The notes: generated from the sequence alone by a model not told the origin. A stretch of DNA of 23,745 bases from an uncultured Nitrososphaerales archaeon (GCA_963709405.1 CAVPXM010000007.1:1-23745), one strand, 5' to 3'; numbered from the stretch's first letter, positions 10,664 through 20,582 are shown. Numbers and translations: made by a program.

Positions 10664-11545
10664 TCAGGCACCCAACTTTTCATGTATAGCTGCATCTAAC
10701 CTAACACCAGGATACTCTTGACGTTCTTTTCTAATTCTAATTCCATCTTTCATATCCTTTGAGTAAATGCGAAGTAATGCGTGTTCTCCGTCCTCCCACG
10801 TCATCTCGAACTTCTCGCCTGCATACTCACTTAAAGAATCTGTACCAAAGTGCCACATTGTTACGATCCAAGAGTTATGGTTTGGAATTTGAATTTGAGG
10901 CAATGGTGATATCGTATGCGGGCAGCATGTTACTGATGCTAATAGCCTTTCCTCTACTGATGTCAGTATATTTGACAAGCGGATAAGACCTTCATGATCA
11001 ACAACTACTGGTTTCATTGAACATGATATAATGACACTGACAGTATCAGAGTGGTGTACGACTGTCTTTGCCTCCATATCACACATCCGAATAGGCAATA
11101 GAGAAATATCTTTACTTAATTCATTAGGTATTAGCTCGGGATGGATACGAAGTATTGTTGACCAAATCCCTTCAGTTTTAAATCTAAGGCGGATATCATG
11201 TACAGAGTGTCTTTCCGATGGCAAGGTATCGACAAATGACACAGATGACAGTTGGGGGACCACCGTACGGTTATCTGTCATCCCTGTTCTAGGTTTAGTA
11301 AAGTTTACTCCTTTTAAGCTGTAAAATGCAGGACCGGAGTAATACTCTAATTGTACGTAACCATTTTTCATAAGTGTTGAAATCTTGTTCCTAAATGTTC
11401 CGTGCGTCATGCTATATTTTTTACCATCTACTTCAAAGCTTAGAAAATCGCGAAAACAAAATGGTCTTTTCTCTATTAGCACTAGTCTTTGCATATGCAT
11501 CTTCATTGGATGATCGAACTTTACCTTACCCACTATCTCATTCAC
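10664..11545 (-). CDS. Winged-helix protein with Rep_trans-like motifs; candidate rolling-circle replication initiator
   Basis: Longest intact ORF. wHTH-like HGTFRNKISTLMKNGYVQLEYYSGPAFYSLKG, then VHDIRLRF, TMWHFGTD, LLRIYSK and IRIRKERQ in the order of Rep_trans motifs. The ORF is secure; the function is inferred. Confidence 0.6.
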   Translation of the reverse strand: MNEIVGKVKFDHPMKMHMQRLVLIEKRPFCFRDFLSFEVDGKKYSMTHGTFRNKISTLMKNGYVQLEYYSGPAFYSLKGVNFTKPRTGMTDNRTVVPQLSSVSFVDTLPSERHSVHDIRLRFKTEGIWSTILRIHPELIPNELSKDISLLPIRMCDMEAKTVVHHSDTVSVIISCSMKPVVVDHEGLIRLSNILTSVEERLLASVTCCPHTISPLPQIQIPNHNSWIVTMWHFGTDSLSEYAGEKFEMTWEDGEHALLRIYSKDMKDGIRIRKERQEYPGVRLDAAIHEKLGA

Positions 11546-11581
11546 CAGATTGCTGAATACCAGTAAATGTCATTGTCATCG

Positions 11582-12432
11582 TTAGTTTGCTGATTTTAGA
11601 TTCTCAGCATCTACTATTCGAACTTCAGTTATCTCTTCATTTATAAGATCAACCTTCGCAGCGAATAAAACTATAGAGACTCCTTTGTTCCTACTATAAG
11701 ATGAACTCATATGATGACGTAAGTCTTCAAATGAAACTTGGAATTGAACATCGAAGAATTTCCTCATATTTTGGTTGACTTCTTTCTGACTTGAAGACAT
11801 CAACTTCGATTTTAAATCTTTGAGCTGTGTTTGTAGCATAGAGTTCTCCGCAGACTTGGACGTTACTTCTAACTGGAGCCTTTCAATTTTGGTTTCAAGC
11901 TCTCTGATTTTGCTCTGTTCAGATAATTGTTGGTCTGTATTAATTAGTGAATTAGATTTCCTTACTACATCTTCTAATTCATTATCTGCATGAAAATTCT
12001 CAGTATATTTGACCTCTTCATTAGCAGATCCTTCAGTATTTACGGCATTGTTATTATTCGAGTCAGAAGCTGGTTCAACAACTGTATTTCCATGAGTGTC
12101 GACCAGCAATTGTGGGATAGCCTCTTGCTCCTGTCTAGAGAACGAAAAATTTTCGTTCTTCTCTACCTTTTTAGGCTTGGTCTTCTTCTTCCACTTATCT
12201 GGATAATGTAGTTCGATAATTCGAGTTGAGACAAGTCCTTGCGCTATTTCTTCACGCAACGCATCTTAATTTCTTCACATATGCTCTCACTATCTGAAAC
12301 CTTACGCTCGAATGCCTGGCCTAATTTAATAATCAGATCTTTGCGCTTGCCTAACATCGCCCTAAATTCTTTTTTGACTTCCTCAATGACTGTCTGTAGA
12401 TCTAAATTGTCATTTTCGATTGCGTCGCTCAT
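11582..12432 (-). pseudogene. Coiled-coil hypothetical protein, one frameshift near 12263
   Basis: ORFs 12244-12432 and 11582-12259 join as SICEEIK[NA]LREEIAQG with one added A. Basic KWKKKTKPKK patch and heptad region KIRELETKIERLQLE. Confidence 0.75.
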
Positions 12433-12452
12433 ATCTAAATTCTCCTCCTCTT

Positions 12453-12692
12453 TTATCTAGAGTGATTTTGATTGGTGTGATTTTCGTTCTTCATCCATGC
12501 TTTAGATAATGGGGTTTCTAGTTGTTCTATTCTAACTATGTCATCTTCATGTAGCCTGTAAGCATGAGAACATTCATGATTTAATTCTGTCAAAGCCTGT
12601 TTTAGTTCAGCTATTTCTTTTTGTTTCTTCTGACAATTGATACAGTTCGATTCATTATCTCTGTATGTTGTATTAGAATCGCTATATCTCAT
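12453..12692 (-). CDS. Small CxxC plus coiled-coil hypothetical protein
   Basis: 79 aa, CINC followed by a heptad pattern; 2-bp spacing to the upstream gene. Confidence 0.7.
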   Translation of the reverse strand: MRYSDSNTTYRDNESNCINCQKKQKEIAELKQALTELNHECSHAYRLHEDDIVRIEQLETPLSKAWMKNENHTNQNHSR

Positions 12693-12694
12693 GC

Positions 12695-12922
12695 TTATTC
12701 TGACTCCTGAAATTTAGTAACACAGTCGCTGCAAACTAATAGAGAGATTACTCCAAGGGGTCCAGCTCTTACTTTGATCTTATCGGTAGCTTTAGCATAG
12801 CATCCTGCCGTTTCACATATAATATTAAGCTCTGAATTGTTCTGATTACTTTCTATGGAAGTAAATCTTTTACTCAATACGAGTATGATCCGCACACTAA
12901 AAATAGGTAAATGTTTTTTCAT
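12695..12922 (-). CDS. Small zinc-finger-like protein
   Basis: CETAGC...CSDC Cys pattern. The true start is probably downstream of 12922. Confidence 0.7.
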   Translation of the reverse strand: MKKHLPIFSVRIILVLSKRFTSIESNQNNSELNIICETAGCYAKATDKIKVRAGPLGVISLLVCSDCVTKFQESE

Positions 12923-12927
12923 ATTTT

Positions 12928-13728
12928 ATGGCTAAAGATGTGAAAAACCCTTCTCAACTAAGTGAGCTCGAAAATCATTTCGTTGATGTTTACATTATGA
13001 ATTGGAACCTGATCGCCTATATTTTGAGGACACAGTACGCTGATCCGAAAGATTTTGCAGAAAAGATACTCATAAAGACTATCAGGTCTAAGACTAAGAC
13101 CGCCGAAAGCTTCTTATTTTTGTACGGATATAGAGAACCAACTGGCATTTATACACCTTCTAAGTTAAATGAAATTCTTAAAAGAGATCTCGGAATATTC
13201 CATAGCGATTCATCCAATACAGAGCCATTTTTGCGCCCAAATATTATAACACAGGTTCTACAGAAGTTGGAACGATATGAAATATATCATAATGTAAGAG
13301 GGAAAAGAGAACTGAAACGTAAAAGAATAGGGCCAGAAAAATCAGCTTCGAGCTTCAAACGATTAGGTGGGAGGCCTTCAGCTTACATGATTTCAGACAT
13401 CTACTCTAAATCAAACGAATTTATCAGCAATCCAGATATAAGGAATTTGATACACAAAAAACTTATTGATCATAAAATTGGCCTATTTGTATTGAAATAT
13501 ATGTCTATGGCAGTTTTTTATTCATTTAAGATAGATAAAGAGGCAGCTTCCAAAATACTTCTAATAGTGAGTCCTCCACCCGCTAGCGTAGATCTATCTA
13601 ACATCCAGTCTAAATTCGACGAAACCGCTTCTCTTGATGAGATCAAATTGGAAGGGCTTGCTGAACAAAATGCCAAATTTATATTAGATAGTCGTTGTAT
13701 TTTTCAGCTACTGGTTTATTCGGACTAA
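12928..13728 (+). CDS. Hypothetical protein, possible winged-helix regulator
   Basis: Intact 266-aa ORF divergent from the operon; PNIITQVLQKLERYEIY helix followed by a basic wing ending GGRPSAY. Confidence 0.7.
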   Translation: MAKDVKNPSQLSELENHFVDVYIMNWNLIAYILRTQYADPKDFAEKILIKTIRSKTKTAESFLFLYGYREPTGIYTPSKLNEILKRDLGIFHSDSSNTEPFLRPNIITQVLQKLERYEIYHNVRGKRELKRKRIGPEKSASSFKRLGGRPSAYMISDIYSKSNEFISNPDIRNLIHKKLIDHKIGLFVLKYMSMAVFYSFKIDKEAASKILLIVSPPPASVDLSNIQSKFDETASLDEIKLEGLAEQNAKFILDSRCIFQLLVYSD

Positions 13729-13845
13729 TACTGCATTCCTTATAACCTGTAATAAGCCAGCGGTGCCATAGTACTGTACTAAATCCAAGCATTTGCAAAT
13801 GGTGCCGCAGATATGATATAGATAAGTATTCAAGATTCAAATAAA

Positions 13846-14042
13846 TTAGCCGACATTCCTCTTCGTTAATATCGCTGGCTTAACATGCACCAATTTGGGA
13901 TTATGCTGTATCATTGAGATAATCTGATTGAATCGCTGATTAGTCTCATCACGGATAGCTTGAATGTCCTGTTCATATTTTTGCTTCATGGCCTGTATCT
14001 CTCTATCCTTTTCAGATAATTTTGATTCAATGCTTTTGCCTC
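13846..14042 (-). pseudogene. C-terminal coiled-coil tail of a probable tyrosine integrase, truncated by IS630
   Basis: SKLSEKDREIQAMKQKYEQDIQAIRDETNQRFNQIISMIQHNPKLVHVKP resembles tails I recall from Nitrososphaeraceae integrases. No catalytic residues remain, so the call is from recall only. Confidence 0.55.
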
Positions 14043-14573
14043 TACCAATTAAGATAAGTATACTCACATATTATTGATGGAATTGTCATATTCCTCGTAC
14101 AGGAAGAGCTATAGCTTTGTTCATTGATCTGCTTTCCTGAATGAGTCTTGACTCTTAGTAGAGGAGAATTAGAAACTTGGTACAGGAAGGAATCACGAGC
14201 GGGACTAAAGGAGAGGCTATTACTTGTTCTCAAAGTCGAAGGTGAAGGAATGATTCCAGCTCGTGTTGCAAAGGAGCTGCACAGAAGCAGAACATGGACT
14301 TCTGATTGGCTTGCAAGATATCGTAAGGAAGGTATTAACGGACTAGAGAATAGGCCTAAGAGTGGTAGGCCCTCAAAGCTACCTAAAGAAGTTGCTCTTA
14401 AGGTAAGGAAGAAACTGAAGGAAGGAAAACAGGGCTGGACTACACAACAGGTAAATGAAATGATAGTAAAAGAAGGAAATGTACACTACCATCAAATCTA
14501 TATCTATACATTGCTTCATAAGTGGGGATTCAAACAGAAGGTACCTAGGAAAGTGCACGTTAATACTGTACCA

Positions 14574-15571
14574 TGCTTTGTTGCGCGATTCATTATGTTG
14601 TAAGTGATATTTATTTGACCACTCTGCATTTAGCTACCCAATAATAATTATTCTGGCATGATTGACTGGCCTTCGTATAATCATTCATTAGTAAGACGTG
14701 GCCAAGTACTCTTAGATTTTGATGTACTTGATGGATGGGATCATGAATTATCTCAAATGAATCTTGGTAAGGTTGGTGAACCTTACGACTATCCAGATTC
14801 CTTTATTAAGATCCTAGGTTACATGAGAGCTTATTTTCATCTACCATATAGACAGACAGAGGGCGTAGTTATAGCACATGCAAGTACAAAGGTTCCAGGT
14901 ATACCACATTATAGTACCATTAGTAGACGCATAAACAGGCTAGAGATCAAAATCAATGAAAAATTAGGAAATGATATTGTCATTGCTATAGACAGTACCG
15001 GTATTAAAGTAGCTAATCGAGGTGAATGGATCGGCATAAATGGCATGTTAGGAAAGGATATCTAAAGATACATGTAGCAGTTGACATCAAGAAGAAAAGA
15101 ATCCTGTCTTTGGAGGTAACTAGTGAAGAGGTACATGATGGTAGGATGCTAAGCAAGCTAGTAGACAATGCTTCTGAGAATAATCATGTGAAGGGCATGT
15201 TAGCAGATGGTATGTACGACAGCAATAACAATTTTAGATACCTGTCAAAGAACCATATTAAACCAGGTATAAAGACAAGAAGTAATTCCAAGGTAAGGTC
15301 AACTAACTGTCATGCTAGGAATATGTCTGTAGTAAAACAACAAGCAAATCTCAAAAGATGGAAGCGTAGCGTGAGCTATGGACACAGGTGGATGGCAGAA
15401 ACAGCATTCTCTTCAATTAAAAGAATGTTTGGTGAACATGTAACAGCTAGAAAATTTCCTAATATGGTAAAGGAAATCTTCCTAAAGGCAACTCTGTATA
15501 ACATGTTCAATCGAATGACCTAACTAACGGCTTGCATAACCTAAAATCCTAATGAATCATGCAACAGAGCA
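14574..15571 (+). mobile_element. IS5-family insertion sequence (ISH1/IS903-like), 998 bp
   Basis: 22-bp TIRs TGCTTTGTTGCGCGATTCATTA vs TGCTCTGTTGCATGATTCATTA (19/22). 8-bp target duplication CTGTACCA at 14566-14573 and 15572-15579. Confidence 0.95.
14658..15523 (+). pseudogene. IS5-family transposase, single 1-nt frameshift near 15031
   Basis: WPSYNHSLVRRG, LPYRQTEG, IAIDSTGIKVANRGEW / RHKWHVRKGYLKIHVAVD, LADGMYDS, YGHRWMAETAFSSIKRMFGE. Confidence 0.93.
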
Positions 15572-16685
15572 CTGTACCACAAAAGGAGAAAAAGCAGTTT
15601 AAAAAAGAGCACAGAAAATACTAGATTGTCTACCGAAGGACTTTACTGTAGTATCACTGGATGAATCATTCTTCTTCTTTGACAGCCTTGTTAGAAAAGT
15701 ATGGATCTATAAAGATTCCAGACCTGTAGTTACAATAACAGGCTCGCACAGAAATTTTTGTATGTTTGGAGCTATTAGTCTTGAAGGAAAGCAGTTATTC
15801 AGACAGTTTGAAAAGTTTGATGAGGATACATTCTATGAATTCCTAAAACAGATACATTACAAATTCCCAAAATGTTATTTATTCTTAGATAAGGCACCTC
15901 AACACTATAAATCTCATAAAATAAAAAAGTACTTTGAAGAACATAAGGATAGTCTAATACCAATCTATCATCCAACAGCATCACCAGAGTTTATGGTGCT
16001 GGAAGAATGCTGGAATATATCCAAAAATGATTTGTTAGTATTAGCATATTATTCGGCATTTGCAGAATTTAGAATAAGGTTAGGACAGTACTTTAGGACC
16101 AAACATTTCAATCTAAATATGAGAAATTACCTCACTAGGAATATGTCAGAGAACTTATCTTAATTGGTGTAGGTATACCAAATACGATACCGGTGCAAAT
16201 AAGTAAAATGGATATCCCTTTTCTGTCATTTTTGAGTCTACAATCGAAAAAATGAAAGATCTTGTAGGTCAATTCAACCAATGAATTTGATATATTATTA
16301 AAAAGTTGCTAATATCGATTAACAGGAACAAAAAAGAATAAGTCAATATCACGGAACTATATTTGTTAGGTACACTCATCGAAGCAAATTAGGATAATGG
16401 AATGTAGATTTTAGTTCCTAAGTTTGTCCATCATTATGGTTGATTGTTATTGAAATAATAACATCATCATTGAAAACACTGAATAATTTGTATCAAGCAG
16501 CTAACTATATGTTATTATTTGATACTTTGAATATTCAATAGGTATCAAATATTCATCTGCTTTGAATAATAGAAAGTCGAAAATTTTAGAAATTAGTCCA
16601 CGGCACATAAATAGCACATTGACAAAAAGAGATTGTAGTATGAACTTTGGTAATAGAATAGGACCAAGTTTTAATTGAAAATACA

Positions 16686-17049
16686 TTGTTAGCCGCTGCT
16701 AGGTGCGATAGAGAATTAAAGGGATACTATCCTCTTAAGAATATTCAAAATTACAAGTTAAACTATCAATCGATAGATTCAATTAATAGACTTTTTTGGA
16801 AAATGAAGCCAGGAGATTGCTAAAAGAACTAAAGCTATTAATCGCAATAGAGCAGAAACGATAACAGTCGGTTTATGTATAATAACTACATTGATGTTTA
16901 AACTAGCTTTCGAAGAGGTTACTGTAAGTTCAAGTGGACTCAGAGAGGGAATACTATCATCATTTCTGTCGCTAAGAGATATAAAAAATAATACGAATAA
17001 TAGAAAAACGATAATACCACCAACATTGAATGTACAGCAACTCAGCTAA
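16686..17049 (+). pseudogene. ppx: 3' part of Ppx/GppA-family exopolyphosphatase (absent from ORF track)
   Basis: Manual translation gives YYPLKNIQNYKLNYQSIDSINRLF / EIAKRTKAINRNRAETITVGLCIITTLMFKLAFEEVTVSSSGLREGILSSFL, containing the GLREG motif. Degraded sequence may extend upstream to about 16460. Confidence 0.8.
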
Positions 17050-17062
17050 GATAATCGGTACT

Positions 17063-17142
17063 CAAGTTATATGTATCGACAAAAAGGATTGAAATATTAG
17101 TCCCAGTAACCCTAAAGACTCTAACGACTTCAGAAAACAGGT
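17063..17142 (+). repeat. Direct repeat copy A (pairs with 22534-22631)
   Basis: 17063-17098 vs 22534-22569 match 35/36; 17099-17142 vs 22588-22631 match 41/44. Confidence 0.93.
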
Positions 17143-17206
17143 GTTTTGTTGCATGACTCTGATCCTCGTCTCTTATGGTTTAGAAGAGTAGTTATGCAAC
17201 AAAGCA
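17142..17206. mobile_element. 65-bp MITE-like element with IS5-type ends
   Basis: TGTTTTGTTGCATGACT and the reverse complement of AGTTATGCAACAAAGCA match 15/17 and resemble the ends of IS5 14574-15571. No target duplication. Confidence 0.7.
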
Positions 17207-17604
17207 GATTGCATTCCACGAATAGGAATACGAATACGTGTATGGACGAAGCCCTCTAATTAACAAAGGACTTAGTGAGTCCTGAGCGTAAGTAACTAGA
17301 ATGAATAACCTAAGATCCAACTCTTTTCATCTTGGACCCACATTTTGGACACGCAGCTTCCTTATGTTGTGTTCCACAGGCCATACAATAGTACTTCAAT
17401 GATGAGCCATTACTAGTATTAAGCATAGAAGACATTGAGCCACCTATTGCATTCATTCGTTTAAGCATTATCCTTCGCATATACATATTTAACAAAATGA
17501 ATACTCCAAATATGACACCTAAGGATATCGGAAATGGCAATAAGATAGAGAACGTAAGACTTATTCCAAAGAATATTCCTAGCCAAACTAATTGGTTAAG
17601 TAGG

Positions 17605-18641
17605 TGTTGTACTTGCACAGATAGGTTACATTATTAAGTACCTACATGAGTTACACTTTGCTGCTTAGTTCTTATACTTATGGTGGATGTAATTAATCTT
17701 TGTAGAAACATCTCTGATGGAGTAAGACCATTTATGCCTCCATGTTCTCTAGTTTCATTGTACGCTTTTATAAACATATCGTATCTTAGCTTACCATCAT
17801 CTATGTTTGGTATATCTTCTATTGCTAGGAACTCATTTTTCACTATCTTGTTATATGCTTCTATTTTCCCTTGTAGCTGTGGGTAAGAATGAATTTGGTA
17901 TTTGCTTATCCTTTATCTGATTGTGTACAAGGAAATGTCTGAACATTTTGGATGTAAACTGCTTTCCATTGTCATGCATTACTCTATCAGGTTTACCATT
18001 GATCACTATCCAATCCTCTAATACATTCAGAATATCCACTGACCTCTTTCTTTTAGACCATCTGCTTGCTACTTTTCTTGAACAATCATCCAGACAACTG
18101 ATTATGTAATTCCTTTGACTAGAATTACTCAGATAGAAAGGGCCAAGGATATCCATCTGTACCATCTCATTTGGATGCTTCATGACAAACCGTTTGTAAG
18201 TTCTTGTTTTGGCCTTACACTTGAGGATATTAAGCCCATGTCTCTTTAGTATCTTGTATATAGTTCTGGTACTTAACGAGATTCCAACAACCTTTCTTAA
18301 TCTAAACTTGATCCTGCTACATCCAAACCTTTTGGTTAGTCGTAGATCAAGTATTGTCTCTTCTATTTCTGATGTTACCTTTCTATATGGAGTATTATGA
18401 GGTCTTTTAGAGTTATCTAGAAGTCCTTCTATCCCTTTCTGTTTGTATCTGTTATTCCACTTGTAGTAAGTCTTTCTGGATGTACCGTATCTTTTACAAA
18501 TATTAGATACTGTATCGCCAGTCCATTCTTTCTCATGTATTAGATTAAACCTTGTTCTGATTTCTATATGGATTCACTTCCTGCCAGAAGTGTAACCCAT
18601 GTCTGTAAGCTAAATTGTCACCTATGTTAGGAAGTACAACA
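17605..18641 (-). mobile_element. IS481-family insertion sequence, 1037 bp
   Basis: TGT...ACA ends with long imperfect TIRs beginning TGTTGTACTT. 6-bp target duplication AGTAGG at 17599-17604 and 18642-18647. Confidence 0.93.
17634..18577 (-). pseudogene. IS481-family transposase (HTH plus rve/DDE), frameshifted
   Basis: ICKRYGTSRKTYYKWNNRY..SKRPH is in frame with VQMDILGP..CLDDCSR..HDNGKQF; the tail is YNETREHGGINGLTP. Shifts lie just after the GTG start and near 17880. Confidence 0.92.
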
Positions 18642-18721
18642 AGTAGGATTTGCTTGTTATTGTTGATACTCATTCTTGACTCACACTCATTAATACTTTT
18701 GTTGTACAACTATTACCAGAA

Positions 18722-18979
18722 TCATCCAAATTCCACTTCAAATCTGTTCTGTAGCTCGCAGATCCTTAGCCATATCTTTCTGGCTAGTTCAAAACGGGTT
18801 GATACCTTTAGATGATTCAATATGACATGTACGAATTGTAGGCACAGAACTTGGATATGTAGACCGAGTAGGGCTACCACAATTGCGGCCGCTGTCATAA
18901 CAGCAGCAGGTGCTGCTATTGTCAGAGCTGGTCTTGTTGTTATCGTTACTGTTGCTGTTGCAGTTTCTTTGTTATTCAA
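18722..18979 (-). CDS. Hypothetical protein with Ala/Thr-rich hydrophobic N-terminus
   Basis: LNNKETATATVTITTRPALTIAAPAAVMTAAAIVVALLGL looks signal-like. Start and downstream frame are uncertain. Confidence 0.35.
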   Translation of the reverse strand: MNNKETATATVTITTRPALTIAAPAAVMTAAAIVVALLGLHIQVLCLQFVHVILNHLKVSTRFELARKIWLRICELQNRFEVEFG

Positions 18980-19179
18980 TTTTTGTCTACATGTATATCT
19001 AGCATTGGCGTGATTATAAGAATAGATACAAATTCCAATGTTGAATTCCACATCTGGATTCCAAAAACTGGAATCGAGCGGCCTATTTTTATACTTAGTT
19101 GATGCTACAAGAATTAGGGCCGACTTAATTGATATGACACACGATTCAGACAAAGACGTGCAAGCACCAAATATCTGAA

Positions 19180-19559
19180 ATGCTTGCTATAGCCGCGATG
19201 ACCTTGTTACTGATCCATATAGCAGATGGATCTATGGAACGGATTATCAAACATGGATTTTTACCAGTGAGTATGGATAAGAGGCCCTTTGGTATATCTA
19301 ACTTTGGTATATCATCAATAATCTTGTTCTTCCTAGCTTTTGGGATCGATATACGAGAAAAAAACACATCAAACGTAACAACAACTCTCCTTATAGTGGG
19401 TGGTGCACTTATCGGAACAACTGCGTTAGGAGTATCAGTGATGAATAGAGGCGGATGGATGACAACATTTTTGACAGTAATTGTAATAGGATACGTAATA
19501 ATGGGACAGGTATACTGAGAACTATACAACAGAGGAAGGTTACATCCAAAATTGTCTAA
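19180..19559 (+). CDS. Multi-pass small membrane protein, probable frameshift near 19507
   Basis: Four hydrophobic segments in ORF 19180-19518; an alternative frame continues GILRTIQQRKVTSKIV*. Confidence 0.7.
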
Positions 19560-19995
19560 ATTATTAGAAGTAAAAGAACAATTTGACGCCGACGCATTGT
19601 AAAACAAGCATCAAAAATATCTTCCGAAGGTTGACGCAGACGTTATTAATGATCTATTAAACTCGTCAACTAGAAAATCCTCTAGTCACACAATCTATAT
19701 GTTGAGAGGTCTTTACCAAAGAAGGAATTGATTCTCAAAAAGCCGAAGATTTCATATTTCAAAAGACTGGGATGATGCTTGCAATATATGACAATGACAC
19801 TCATTGTGTAATAAATCAAAAATTAACACTGGAAATGCTCAAAGAAATATCTGATTCTGAAGACGTTTTGGAAGTTACTGATGTGGTAGCATTCGAGGAT
19901 TTGGTCCATCTCATGAACATTTAGATTATAAAGATGCACATGATTGCTATTTGTCACAGGAGCAATTTGAGAATCAAAGATTACCAATTAAATAA
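19552..19995 (+). pseudogene. Hypothetical protein, multiply disrupted (absent from ORF track)
   Basis: Fragments LSKLLEVKEQFD, QKYLPKVDADVINDLL, EVFTKEGIDSQKAEDFIFQKTGMMLAIYDNDTHCVINQKLTLEMLKEISDSEDVLEVT and GSIRGFGPSHEH exactly fill the gap between the neighbouring genes. Confidence 0.6.
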
Positions 19996-19996
19996 A

Positions 19997-20428
19997 ATGC
20001 GACCTAACACGCGATATTCCAAGGTTTTAGTAATCGTAAGTCCCCAGTTTATGCATTAACAGGAGTAATTGGATTTCTCTGATTAGCTGGGATTATTATA
20101 AGCGGAGGACTGTTACCAAATATGAATAAATATGCTTCTCCAGTAGTTCACACATCATCTTCTTCACTTCCGTCTGTGTTAGGAGTGATTCATGGATATG
20201 TAGGTCGGCCAACAGGACTACCAGCTATGGGTGGCCGCAGTAGTAGCTGCAGAACAACAGACGGGTTATACCGTAAATTCAATTGTTTCTATAGATGGCC
20301 AATACTCCTTTACTTTACCACAAGGAAAATATATCATATTGGTTGCTTATCCTGATGGAACCAACAAGAAAGTAAGTGATTTTCAGGTAGAACAGCGAAC
20401 GGCTCACAGTCTTGATGTTAGATACTAG
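19997..20428 (+). pseudogene. Membrane-anchored carboxypeptidase-regulatory-like (beta-sandwich) domain protein, frameshifted
   Basis: Hydrophobic N-terminus, then GVIHGYVGRPTGLPA / VVAAEQQTGYTVNSIVSIDGQYSFTLPQGKYIILVAYPDG. Confidence 0.72.
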
Positions 20429-20582
20429 AACTACCTTTTATTTTTAATCTACTTAAGATGTGAACGAATTCTTTTTACAAATTTTGTAGTGAGAATCGAT
20501 TGCAGCACCATAGATTGTAACAACGAGATATAAAAATACTTATAACAACGAGAAACAAGTACAGATCGGGCAAACAAATTGA

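Larger units (their letters stand above)
10100..14042. mobile_element. Remnant of a cryptic integrated plasmid-like element
   Basis: Tightly packed minus-strand operon ending in a Rep-like gene, a divergent HTH-like gene and an integrase-like tail. Both ends abut IS630 copies, so no att sites are visible. Confidence 0.6.
14148..16163 (+). pseudogene. IS630 transposase disrupted by IS5 insertion
   Basis: Removing the IS5 and one target copy restores KVPRKVHVNTVPQKEKKQFKK. After a shift at the A6G run (15601-15607) it reads RAQKIL..VSLDESFF..FLDKAPQH..PTASPEFMVLEECW. Confidence 0.92.
14045..16169 (+). mobile_element. IS630-family insertion sequence (copy B) interrupted by an IS5 element
   Basis: Perfect 15-bp TIR CCAATTAAGATAAGT (14045-14059 and 16153-16167); TA at 14043-14044 and 16170-16171. 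Confidence 0.92.
17310..18673 (-). pseudogene. Membrane protein with C-terminal zinc ribbon, interrupted by IS481
   Basis: Excising the IS and one target copy gives MSINNNKQILLNQLVWLGIFFGISL...YYCMACGTQHKEAACPKCGSKMKRVGS*. Confidence 0.88.

Noticed and set aside
10759-12460. Plus-strand ORFs 10759-10986, 11031-11324, 11990-12211 and 12239-12460
   Set aside because: Antisense shadows of longer minus-strand genes.
14042-14233. 63-aa minus-strand ORF, and the MSILILIG start of ORF 13846-14067
   Set aside because: Both read from IS630 end sequence and are not native gene starts.
8918-16169. RNA-guided nuclease (TnpB/IscB) cargo in the IS630 copies
   Set aside because: The space between TIRs is accounted for by the transposases and the nested IS5; no RuvC or HNH motifs seen.
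16501-16686. 61-aa minus-strand ORF
   Set aside because: Antisense to the degraded ppx region; no motif.
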